IMG/VR virus record: IMGVR_UViG_3300031951_000003
Coordinates: 186,001 to 250,000 of that record
DNA length: 64,000 nt
Strand: one strand, 5' to 3'
This document shows, piece by piece, positions 36,977 through 45,799 of this stretch. Within the stretch, counting starts at the first letter, position 1, and each line of letters starts with the position of its first letter. Under the pieces are notes generated by a model that was given only the letters and a program-made list of their open reading frames with translations, did not search any database and was not told the origin of the DNA. Position numbers and translations under genes: made by a program.

Positions 36977-37084
36977 ATTATTTAAAGTTTTTTAGAACCT
37001 CATGGTTCTTGTTTATTCTTTTCATCGTTTTAATCCCTGAGCGTTTGCTTCTCATAGGTCTCGGTTTTTTCTTTTTCTGTGCCA

Positions 37085-37759
37085 TTATTTTTTTATTTTT
37101 ACACAGTTTGGGTATCTTTTCCCAAACATCGTTTTCATACCCTTTTGGGTGTATCCTTTCCAGCATCTCTCTTTCAGTTCTCCTTCTGTTTGTTCCATCT
37201 TTTGACCCGACTTAGGTCTTATGACAATTATTTGTCCGACGTATAAGTTTTGTGGATTGATTGGCGTTTCGTAAAAGTCAAACCAACATCTTCTGAAGTC
37301 AGTTTTACTGACAACCCTCATTTCTTCTAAGTAAGGGTCAAGTATGAATAAGTTATCATCATTATACCCTATAACAACTGAAGAGTGACCTTCAGGTGGG
37401 TCACCACAAAACCAATCAACAATTACAGGGACGTTAGCATCAACCAACTTAATAACTTCATCAATTGTAGAATTATTTTTAAGATAAACATCAAATCCGA
37501 GTGCCTCTGCAGCACATGCCATATCTTCACTTTTACACCCCAATTCATAGGTATGGTCACAAATCTCCGCAATATCTTTTTCACTCATGTTTTTTCCGTA
37601 GTAACCAAATACCATCCTGAGTGATGCGGGTCCACAGGTGCTATCATCTGATTGCAAAAAATGAGGAACCTCCAATAACTTTGTTGGTTGTTGATTAACT
37701 TGTTCAACAATTTCAGTTATAATTTGGACTAATTTTTCTTCAGTTAATCTTATCTTCAT
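37085..37759 (-). CDS. Leader-B protein with C39-like cysteine peptidase and a CWKGY...YPNCVK tail
   Basis: QSDDSTCGPASLRMV; GHSSVVIGY; ILDP. Confidence 0.75.
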   Translation of the reverse strand: MKIRLTEEKLVQIITEIVEQVNQQPTKLLEVPHFLQSDDSTCGPASLRMVFGYYGKNMSEKDIAEICDHTYELGCKSEDMACAAEALGFDVYLKNNSTIDEVIKLVDANVPVIVDWFCGDPPEGHSSVVIGYNDDNLFILDPYLEEMRVVSKTDFRRCWFDFYETPINPQNLYVGQIIVIRPKSGQKMEQTEGELKERCWKGYTQKGMKTMFGKRYPNCVKIKK

Positions 37760-37769
37760 TCCTTTTTAT

Positions 37770-39107
37770 TTATAACATACCATCAATACTCGAACCAATA
37801 GATTGATAAATAGGATGATTCGAATGTGGCTCAATTTTACCTATCGGTGGTTCAATCAAGGTTGCCCCCTGTTGTTTAAATTGTTTATAGTAATTTCTCA
37901 CTTCTTTTTCTGTTATGTTTTTCAATCCACCCCATCCCCAAGAACCTTGAACGACGTAAAAGTTAGCGTTTGGAAACTTTGATTTCAGAACGCTAAACAA
38001 TCTGGGTATATCATCCTTGGTAAATTTACCAAATCCCCCATTAGTCCCAATTACTATAATTACATTGGAAACGTCATTACTCTTGGGATATTGTGAAACT
38101 GCGTCTGTCAACCATGAAACAGTTTTTCCACCTTCCCAAAGACCATCAATTCCACCTGATTTGGTCAACCTCGACGCTTTAGTTGTATTCATATCAACAT
38201 ATGGGACTTGTGAATCCCCAATAATGATATTTTTACCTTGAGAAATAGTATTCTTACCTTTAGTTATCGTCTTTTTGTTATTGGCTAAGTCTATGGCTTG
38301 TTCTAAATCCTTCACACCGAATTTTTGTGCTTGTGGTAAAAACCCTGTCATGACAAAAAGTTTTGGATTAGACATTAGCATTCGGTTCCAACCATTGTAG
38401 TTAGTTGTATAATCCCATATTTTTTTAGTGTCACCCCAACCGTTTTGGTAAAGGTAACCTCCAACATTTCCACCTGTTCTATCGGCACCGTGAGCACAGT
38501 GTATGAGAACATTACCTTGGCTAAGTAATGAATTAACTTTATCTTGGTCTTTAGTAGATGAAAGTTTAAAGAATTTAACCCCTTTTGATTCTGCTAAATT
38601 CTTTTCTGATTGTATTGTTGTCATCGGGTGTGTCGAGTAATGTCTTGAATCACGACCGTCTCCGTTGAATCTGATGATAGTTTTTATTCGGTATTTGTCG
38701 ATAAGCTCTGACAAATAATCTTTACCATTAAGTGTTACAGGTATCTGTGCAGAACGGTAATTATTTTTCCCATCAGGAATCAAGTGAAAATTGAACTCTT
38801 TACTGAGTGTCTCATCTTTTACATCACCAATATATTTCTGCGCAATTTGTTCTCTTCGATTGTTGAAAACCTCTGGTTTCATTCCAGCTTTAAATGCCTC
38901 GTGTGCCGCCTTTGTGAATGGACCATACTTCCCGTCAACACCATCCTTGTTCGGACCAAACTTTCCAATGTAATATTTCTTTGATGTTAAGAAATTTTGT
39001 AAATCCTTAATTTTAGGGTCAACGTCATAGGATATTTCGAAACTTTCGTCTTCGACCGCTTCCCCCATGAGAACTCTGATTCTTCGTATGTTTTCTTGCA
39101 GATTCAT
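37770..39107 (-). CDS. Leader-C multidomain protein: PG-binding + tyrosine/dual-specificity phosphatase + SGNH-like hydrolase
   Basis: Start moved to 39107 MNLQENIRRIRVLMG; DLQNFL...DGVDGKYGPFT; NYRSAQ; LIHCAHGADRTG; IIGDSQ...IGTNG...HP. Confidence 0.7.
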   Translation of the reverse strand: MNLQENIRRIRVLMGEAVEDESFEISYDVDPKIKDLQNFLTSKKYYIGKFGPNKDGVDGKYGPFTKAAHEAFKAGMKPEVFNNRREQIAQKYIGDVKDETLSKEFNFHLIPDGKNNYRSAQIPVTLNGKDYLSELIDKYRIKTIIRFNGDGRDSRHYSTHPMTTIQSEKNLAESKGVKFFKLSSTKDQDKVNSLLSQGNVLIHCAHGADRTGGNVGGYLYQNGWGDTKKIWDYTTNYNGWNRMLMSNPKLFVMTGFLPQAQKFGVKDLEQAIDLANNKKTITKGKNTISQGKNIIIGDSQVPYVDMNTTKASRLTKSGGIDGLWEGGKTVSWLTDAVSQYPKSNDVSNVIIVIGTNGGFGKFTKDDIPRLFSVLKSKFPNANFYVVQGSWGWGGLKNITEKEVRNYYKQFKQQGATLIEPPIGKIEPHSNHPIYQSIGSSIDGML

Positions 39108-39171
39108 CCAAAAATAAATATCTGAGGTCCAAACAATTGTTTTGAATATTTCTTTGTTATATTTATTAATA

Positions 39172-39447
39172 ATGGAAAACAAACATGATAAAATTGTTTC
39201 GGTTCTCGAAAACTTCCTCAATCAATGGGATGTTGAAGGGATATGTGGTTTCTTCATTGATAAGGAACTTGATGAGCACGATAATATTTGGGTATACATT
39301 ATTCTGAACATCGACTTTGTCCAATCAATTCAAACAAAACCTGAATTTGTTGCAAAGAGAATGAGAAACGGTGTCAAAGAATCTATAAAAAATTTTACGG
39401 GAATTGATGTGATGGTCGGTTCTACGGCAAAAAAGTGTGACGAATAA
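39172..39447 (+). CDS. Hypothetical protein
   Basis: Start moved to 39172 below sense TATTTAT. Confidence 0.55.
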   Translation: MENKHDKIVSVLENFLNQWDVEGICGFFIDKELDEHDNIWVYIILNIDFVQSIQTKPEFVAKRMRNGVKESIKNFTGIDVMVGSTAKKCDE

Positions 39448-39455
39448 GTATTGAT

Positions 39456-40205
39456 ATGTTAATTTACGAAAAAAAAGATATAGAAATAAATGAACTTCAC
39501 AGGTCTAGAGGCCATTTCGAAACTCAACCATTAGAGGATTTTTTAAAGATGATGAGTGAGAAATTGAAGTTCAAAGAATTTTCCAAATTAGCAAAAAAAT
39601 ATTACATTGATAAATTGGGTTATCAGCCTACAAAAATCACCGATTACAAACTCCTCGACTTATACAATTACTTCGGATTAAGGCAACAAACCAAGCCAAG
39701 AGAACTTACTCGATACGACTCATTAACGGGTTTCGCTTACTACTTAGCAAAAAAAATATTCAATCTCAAATCAGCAGGATTAGGTTTGAGTTATTTTATC
39801 AATAAAAACGGGAGTGAGAAAGAGTTTTATTTTTTTGACCCAATGTTTCAAATTTTTGTAGGTAAAATTTCGACAGATGAGGCGAATATGAAAGGTAATT
39901 CATTAACTGTTCAAACATCTGCAGCCGAGAGAAAATTAATCGGGATGGGTTATGGTCTTAAAATGTATCTTTCGATACTTGAGAACTGTGATTACCTTAT
40001 GAGTAGTTCGGTGTTGTTCACAGGTTCATTCAGAATATGGTCGAAAGTTTTACCAAAATATTCGAATGTTTGGTATAAGGATAGTTCAAGTGATACTGGT
40101 AAATCCAAAAACGATTTTGTAAAAATAAATCCTGAGGAGGAATTCAAAAAATCAGGTGGAGATATCGATTACTTTGTTGCATCGATTTATCACAAAAAAA
40201 TCTAA
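39456..40205 (+). CDS. Hypothetical protein, possible GNAT-like C-terminus
   Basis: RKLIGMGYGLKMY...SSVLFTGSFRIW resembles the acetyl-CoA binding loop. Confidence 0.4.
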   Translation: MLIYEKKDIEINELHRSRGHFETQPLEDFLKMMSEKLKFKEFSKLAKKYYIDKLGYQPTKITDYKLLDLYNYFGLRQQTKPRELTRYDSLTGFAYYLAKKIFNLKSAGLGLSYFINKNGSEKEFYFFDPMFQIFVGKISTDEANMKGNSLTVQTSAAERKLIGMGYGLKMYLSILENCDYLMSSSVLFTGSFRIWSKVLPKYSNVWYKDSSSDTGKSKNDFVKINPEEEFKKSGGDIDYFVASIYHKKI

Positions 40206-40387
40206 TCTTTTTTCTCCTTATTCGTAATTTTGAAATTACAAACCCGCTTTCCATTGATTGTTGGCATACCAAATTCATCAACACCGATTGTCTTGACCGT
40301 GGTTCTTCTATTTCTAAATCTACCCGTGTAAATTATATCACCAACCTTAATCGGAATAAAAATTCCTGTTTGTTTCTTATCACTCAT
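40202..40387 (-). CDS. Small hypothetical protein
   Basis: ORF track; last gene of the umuD-umuC run. Confidence 0.5.
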   Translation of the reverse strand: MSDKKQTGIFIPIKVGDIIYTGRFRNRRTTVKTIGVDEFGMPTINGKRVCNFKITNKEKKD

Positions 40388-41001
40388 ATTTTTGGTTCAT
40401 AACCCAATTTATCAAAATACCAACGATTTTTTTCGTATAAGTATTCAATCATATCATCTGTATAACATTCTTTTAAATCCAACTCCCTGTGGGACTCATT
40501 TTTGAGTTTTCCACAAAGCTCTTTCAATAAACCTGATTTGGAAAGATTACTATCTGATATGAATGGAATTTTTACGTAATCTTCATATAAACTCTCGGTT
40601 CTGACATAAAAATCAGGAACTCTAGGAACTTCGACAGTCCCTGAAAGAAAATAATCAAATGATGTGCTCCTGATGTAATTCGAAAAAAATTCCTTGAATC
40701 CTTTTGGACTGATTTCCTTAACTTGGTTTTGGAATTTGTAGGCTGAGACCAATCTTGTGAGTGGGTTTCTAGCCGTGCAAATGAGAGAGTAGTTTTCGTG
40801 ACCGTCAAACAAATCCGTGTTGTGGAAATGACCTGGAAAATTGGATTTCCTCTTAACTTCAGACCTATCTGAACTGCACTCCATGAAAGTGAAAGGTAGA
40901 CAACTGAATACTGTTACCGCATGGTGTGAACCTGTTTTGGGTGGTGTCCAAAGAAATGATTTCATTTCCTCAGATATATTTAACAATTTAGTTGTTCTCA
41001 T
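40384..41001 (-). CDS. Sulfotransferase family 2-like protein
   Basis: PPKTGS, TARNPLTRLVSAY, DFYVRTESL. Confidence 0.75.
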   Translation of the reverse strand: MRTTKLLNISEEMKSFLWTPPKTGSHHAVTVFSCLPFTFMECSSDRSEVKRKSNFPGHFHNTDLFDGHENYSLICTARNPLTRLVSAYKFQNQVKEISPKGFKEFFSNYIRSTSFDYFLSGTVEVPRVPDFYVRTESLYEDYVKIPFISDSNLSKSGLLKELCGKLKNESHRELDLKECYTDDMIEYLYEKNRWYFDKLGYEPKI

Positions 41002-41003
41002 TG

Positions 41004-41588
41004 TCAGAATGGATAATCATAGTTTAACATACTACAGTAGTCTTGAGAACAGGAAAAAATAATATCTTTGATTTCCTGAGTGAAATATTTGTCAACGTCA
41101 TTTATGACATCGGTATCATTATCTTTAATAGAACATAAATTTCTAATTTGAACTAATTTATCGAAATCGGAATTTGCTATGAAAGGTATTTTATTGTAAT
41201 CATCATAAAGATTTTCGATTCTGATAAAATAATCCGGAGTCCTTTCCTTAAATGGCCAAATTATACATCTCAATGTTGTTTTAGGAAAGTTCATATAAAA
41301 ATAGTTCTGAAAACTTTCAGGACTCCAAATATTCGGATTTTTGTGATTAAATTTATAAAAAGATAAAATTCTTGAAAATGGATTTCGAGCCGTAGATAAA
41401 AAAATATAATCTTTGTGTCCGCTTGGATAATCGAAGGAATGGTTATTGTTTAACGGGATTACTTTCAAACCATCAGGCGTTTTTTTGTAAGTTGAAAATC
41501 CGTAGTTTTTCAAAACTTTTACACAATGAACCGAACCTGTTCTAGCTTGTAACCAAACAAATGATTTATTAATTTCTGATATGTTCAT
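41004..41588 (-). CDS. Sulfotransferase family 2-like protein
   Basis: [28 protein letters not shown]. Confidence 0.7.
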   Translation of the reverse strand: MNISEINKSFVWLQARTGSVHCVKVLKNYGFSTYKKTPDGLKVIPLNNNHSFDYPSGHKDYIFLSTARNPFSRILSFYKFNHKNPNIWSPESFQNYFYMNFPKTTLRCIIWPFKERTPDYFIRIENLYDDYNKIPFIANSDFDKLVQIRNLCSIKDNDTDVINDVDKYFTQEIKDIIFSCSQDYCSMLNYDYPF

Positions 41589-42793
41589 ACGAAAACTTTG
41601 GGTATTTCATCCCAAGATGTGGTATACTTTTGGGACATGAAATCTTGTCTCATCTCCCACTCTTTTTTTTTGTTTATGGGTGCCTGAACTAACTGTATTG
41701 AAGTTGTAAATAAAGTGGGTTGTTCTATATTCTCGGGCATAAGTTCATTAAATATAATTCCACATTTTTTATAATTCTTACTTGAGTTATAAATTTTCTT
41801 TAAGTGTGGATATACCTGGCTCCATATTTCATCCACATCTCTTGTTTGTTTTTGAAATGTAATCTGTTTACTCGAGTAATGTTTTTCACCTTTATGAACA
41901 TTTCCACTTAAAAATATGGTTGCTCGGTTTGGTGATATTTCATTATCAATAAGTTTTTTCACCCCGTTTTTAATATATGTATACATGGCCTCAGATAATT
42001 GATTAAAATCATTTACGTCTTGTCCGAATGACCTTGTTGATGCTATGTTCTTTTTTAACTTTGGTAATGGTTTTACAGGATGACAATACATACCAAGAAG
42101 TTCACACTTTGTTCTAAGTCCATTTACATTCATCATTTTTCTGACAATACTATCAGACATCATAACAAATTGACCAACACTCTCAACTCCTAAGTTTTTT
42201 AATTTTTTATTCCACTGTCTACCAATACCCCAAACCTCATCTACAGATATTGTGTAAAGTGATTCCCTAAAATCATGCAAACTCCAATATGAACAAACAC
42301 CATCGTATGATTGTTGTTGTTTGGCTATATGTGATGTAAGTTTGGCTAATGTCTTATTTGGACCGACACCTATTGAAACAGGAACTCCTGTAAGTCTTTT
42401 AACCTCATTACGAATAAGATGTAATCTATCTAAAAGTTCATCATCGGGTATATTAGAAAAATCCACAAAACACTCATCAATAGAATAGACCTCAACTTCT
42501 TTAGCATACTTCTTTATGGTTGTCATGACTCTGTCTGACATATCTCCATACAAGTTATAGTTTGATGAATAAACACAGAATCTATGTTCTTCCATGAAGT
42601 CTTTTTTCATAAAGAAAGGTTCACCCATTTTGATTCCAAGGGCTTTGGCTTCTTGAGAGCGGGCAATAACACAACCATCGTTGTTAGATAAAACAACTGT
42701 AGGTCTCCCAATGGAGATTGGATTGAAAACTCTTTCACAACTAACGTAAAAATTGTTACAATCTACAATACCGATTTTTTTATTGGACTGCAT
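41585..42793 (-). CDS. umuC: Y-family DNA polymerase V catalytic subunit
   Basis: [42 protein letters not shown]-terminal [16 protein letters not shown]. Confidence 0.93.
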   Translation of the reverse strand: MQSNKKIGIVDCNNFYVSCERVFNPISIGRPTVVLSNNDGCVIARSQEAKALGIKMGEPFFMKKDFMEEHRFCVYSSNYNLYGDMSDRVMTTIKKYAKEVEVYSIDECFVDFSNIPDDELLDRLHLIRNEVKRLTGVPVSIGVGPNKTLAKLTSHIAKQQQSYDGVCSYWSLHDFRESLYTISVDEVWGIGRQWNKKLKNLGVESVGQFVMMSDSIVRKMMNVNGLRTKCELLGMYCHPVKPLPKLKKNIASTRSFGQDVNDFNQLSEAMYTYIKNGVKKLIDNEISPNRATIFLSGNVHKGEKHYSSKQITFQKQTRDVDEIWSQVYPHLKKIYNSSKNYKKCGIIFNELMPENIEQPTLFTTSIQLVQAPINKKKEWEMRQDFMSQKYTTSWDEIPKVFV

Positions 42794-43160
42794 TTTTATC
42801 TATTTTAGGTTTTCCGTGTGGTTTTGGTTTTCCATTCTCATCTAAATTAACAAAAACAATTTTGTCAATTTTGATTACAGATTGTTTTGTCATTTTGTTT
42901 CTAACATCACACGCAATTGTAATTGAGGTATTTCCAACATTAATCAGTTCCATACCAAATTCCACTATATCACCTACCACTGCGGTTGAAACAAAATTTA
43001 TTTCACTCATCGCTTTGGTTACAATGTTTCTTTCTCCTAATTGACAGACAGCAAATATTGCAGCCTCTTCGTCAATCCACTTTAAAACTTGTCCTCCAAA
43101 TAATGTTCCCCTAGCATTCAAATCACTCGGTTTAATTAACTTTCTTGTTCTATATTTCAT
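42780..43160 (-). CDS. Hotdog-fold acyl-CoA thioesterase
   Basis: [24 protein letters not shown]. Confidence 0.88.
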   Translation of the reverse strand: MKYRTRKLIKPSDLNARGTLFGGQVLKWIDEEAAIFAVCQLGERNIVTKAMSEINFVSTAVVGDIVEFGMELINVGNTSITIACDVRNKMTKQSVIKIDKIVFVNLDENGKPKPHGKPKIDKNAVQ

Positions 43161-43726
43161 TTTTTTAAATCTCCTCTTACATCTGATTTTACTTTATCGA
43201 GATAGACCAATCTCTCATTTTGACTCACGAATGGAACACTCCAAAACTGACGTGTCTTTGTTCTGAACCAACCAAAAACAAATGAATAAACCCCCATTAC
43301 TAATCTTAGTTTAACTGAGTTTAGATATAAAGTAAGGACGGGTAATGATGGTGCACCATGAGTCAAATAAGTTCGAACCTTTTTATCCTTCAACAAAGGT
43401 TTTGGATATCCGTATTTTTTTGTGACTGGTATGAACTTGTATGCAAACCCTGGTGTGAATATTTGGTCAAAGAACGCCTCTAACATTGGTGTTGTCCTAA
43501 ACCACCAAACAGGAGATATGAAATATATTCTATCTGTCCATGTAATTAAGTCTTTATATTCCCTAACTTTATCTTTACCAAAATCAAATGTCTTGTTTTC
43601 CGCATAGAGGTCTACAATATAGAAATCTTCTTTATTAGATTCTAAGGTATCTGCAATTGTTTTTTGTATTCCGTTGTAACAAAAACTCTGTTTGTCAGGA
43701 TGTGCAATGATAATTAAATTCTTCAT
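43157..43726 (-). CDS. Flavodoxin-fold NAD(P)H-dependent oxidoreductase
   Basis: IIIAHPDKQSF; SPVWWFRTTPMLEAFFDQIFTPGFAY. Confidence 0.88.
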   Translation of the reverse strand: MKNLIIIAHPDKQSFCYNGIQKTIADTLESNKEDFYIVDLYAENKTFDFGKDKVREYKDLITWTDRIYFISPVWWFRTTPMLEAFFDQIFTPGFAYKFIPVTKKYGYPKPLLKDKKVRTYLTHGAPSLPVLTLYLNSVKLRLVMGVYSFVFGWFRTKTRQFWSVPFVSQNERLVYLDKVKSDVRGDLKK

Positions 43727-43727
43727 C

Positions 43728-44045
43728 TTATAACTTGTTTAAAATCCAAGAGACTCTCCCCCAAACATTCTCTTGTCCTTCGTATTTTCTAATTTTAAAA
43801 TGGTCTTTCTCTGTGAGGACAACTAACTCACCTTCTGTAGGGTCAATAGAACGGTCTATGACGAGGATATTTCCTGTCTTGACTCCAAGTGTGTTTGGAC
43901 CCATATAACGGAAATAAAAGGTCGTATACGTGTTCTGAATGATTAAATCATTGAGGTCTAAACGTTTGTCTACATAAGATTCGGCGGGAGATGCAAATCC
44001 TGTTGTTCTTGACTTAATATTTAACTCTTTCGCAGTTGTATTCAC
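43728..44045 (-). CDS. umuD: UmuD-like S24 protein lacking catalytic residues
   Basis: GFASPAESYVDKRLDLNDLII...LVIDRS; GDSM replaced by GPNT and VKK by IRK; GTG start. Confidence 0.8.
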   Translation of the reverse strand: MNTTAKELNIKSRTTGFASPAESYVDKRLDLNDLIIQNTYTTFYFRYMGPNTLGVKTGNILVIDRSIDPTEGELVVLTEKDHFKIRKYEGQENVWGRVSWILNKL

Positions 44046-44049
44046 GATA

Positions 44050-44080
44050 CAAAAATAGTAAAATATTTTGTATCTTCAAA
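44050..44080 (-). promoter_or_regulatory. Bacteroidota sigma-A promoter of the umuD operon
   Basis: TTTG-N19-TATTTTTG. Confidence 0.7.
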
Positions 44081-44091
44081 TATATTGTCTA

Positions 44092-44709
44092 TTAAAATAT
44101 CTCTCCTATGAGAACTTGTGGTTTGATTCCCATCGCAGCTGCAGTGCAAAGTCTTGTGTTACCAGCAACTAAATGGAATCTGTCACCAAATTTGAGTATT
44201 AGTGGTCTTTTGTAGTCACCACTTTGAAGGGCTTTTTTCAACTCTCGTGGGTCTTGTTTGTTATACTTTTTTGCAAGAGCCATTACTTTTTTCATCTCAC
44301 CTTTTTTGATTTGATTACATTCCGTATTTTCAAGATTGTTCCAAACCTCGTCGGGTATTTTAACTTCGATGGCGTTGTCTAATGCACGATAAACATCTTC
44401 GACAGATATATCGATATTTTCGTCTCTATTCAAATCTTGAACTACTCTTTCTATTTCGTCCATTTCTGACTTCAAGTATCTTTTCCTTCTCTCCATAAAA
44501 TAGTTGACCTCATTTCTTAGGTCATCAAAATCTGAAATGCCAGCATCATAGACGTAATCTTCTAAGTCTTTGAATTTGTTAAATTTCAAATGTTTGAGGA
44601 GCTCAGGATGTTTTTTCACGTCATCAAGAAATTCCTGAACACCTGAAGAATCAGGTGATAACTCATTTATGAGTCTTTTAATTCTTAATATTTGTTCACG
44701 TAAAATCAC
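44092..44709 (-). CDS. Leader-C-like protein with ParB/Srx-like domain
   Basis: MILREQILRIKRLINE; RPLIL...HLVAGNTRLCTA. Confidence 0.6.
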   Translation of the reverse strand: MILREQILRIKRLINELSPDSSGVQEFLDDVKKHPELLKHLKFNKFKDLEDYVYDAGISDFDDLRNEVNYFMERRKRYLKSEMDEIERVVQDLNRDENIDISVEDVYRALDNAIEVKIPDEVWNNLENTECNQIKKGEMKKVMALAKKYNKQDPRELKKALQSGDYKRPLILKFGDRFHLVAGNTRLCTAAAMGIKPQVLIGEIF

Positions 44710-45107
44710 TCTCCGAATATTTTTTTTATATGTTGAGGAAATTGTTTTTGAAACTTTTTCAAAAAGACGGATGATAGAACACTCGCCATATTTTCTTCAG
44801 GACCTCCAATATCTTGTATAGGTTCATCCTCAGGAACACCCATTGACTGATGTTGATATTCGTGAACCCATTCATGGGCTAACGTCCTTAAAATATCAAT
44901 TAAAAGTCTACCTTTACAAAGAACAAAAATCTCACTTTCGGGCATTCTAACACCTGTTGTCATATTTTCATTTCTCTCATTTTCAAAATGAATATGAACG
45001 TCTTTTTTTAATTTCAATTCATCTTGTAATAACTGACAAAAATCCTTAATTACATCAATTGAATCCGATAAATTTGATTTTGATATGTTTTTGAGACAAA
45101 CTTTCAT
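44706..45107 (-). CDS. HEXXH metallopeptidase-like protein
   Basis: RTLAHEWVHEYQH...EENMA; start moved to MKVCLK below TATTTAT. Confidence 0.65.
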   Translation of the reverse strand: MKVCLKNISKSNLSDSIDVIKDFCQLLQDELKLKKDVHIHFENERNENMTTGVRMPESEIFVLCKGRLLIDILRTLAHEWVHEYQHQSMGVPEDEPIQDIGGPEENMASVLSSVFLKKFQKQFPQHIKKIFGE

Positions 45108-45329
45108 GTAAATAAATATCCATGAAAGGGAAAGGTCAGGGAGAAAGTTCAAAAATCAAAAAGTTATATGAATTTTGATTGGATGAGGGTTGGTCTGTTT
45201 TTGAATACTTGAGATTTGAATCTTGATTAAACAAAATCTTCATCGGATATCACATACTATAATTGTTGCTGGTTGACATGAAGCCAACTATCTCTCTGAT
45301 TTTATCACAATCCCACCCGACCTTATAAC

Positions 45330-45758
45330 TTATATCTGAGTTGTTGCGTTGTGAGCATCTAACTCATCCTGTAACATTTCGATTTGGTCCTCGATATTTT
45401 TTATCATATTATCCCTTGAGATAATATTGATGACACTTGTCTTATATTCAGTCTCATCGCTGTATCGGTTTTTACTTTTACCCTCTTCACAACTTAGAGC
45501 GGCTAGTTTTTGAGCCTGAGACTTGAGTTCGGACATCAAAAAAATCTTACCATATATTGGTTGGTTGGCAAGGTGTATTTTTTCTTTTAGACTTACCAAC
45601 TCTGAAGACAATTTGAAATATTCCATAAGCGCATCGTTAACATCATACGGTCTGTTCTGACCATCGGTAACAGTATTGTATGTATACACTTTTTGAAACG
45701 CGTCTCCGATTTTTTTTACAAGTTTGTTCTTGTATTTCAATGCTTGTTTAATATTCAT
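45330..45758 (-). CDS. Coiled-coil protein (DIP1984/DUF6847-like)
   Basis: MNIKQALKYKNKL...IEMLQDELDAHNATT (family recalled, not searched). Confidence 0.55.
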   Translation of the reverse strand: MNIKQALKYKNKLVKKIGDAFQKVYTYNTVTDGQNRPYDVNDALMEYFKLSSELVSLKEKIHLANQPIYGKIFLMSELKSQAQKLAALSCEEGKSKNRYSDETEYKTSVINIISRDNMIKNIEDQIEMLQDELDAHNATTQI

Positions 45759-45799
45759 AAATTTGTATTTAGTTCAGAAGTATAGTGTATAAAGACATC

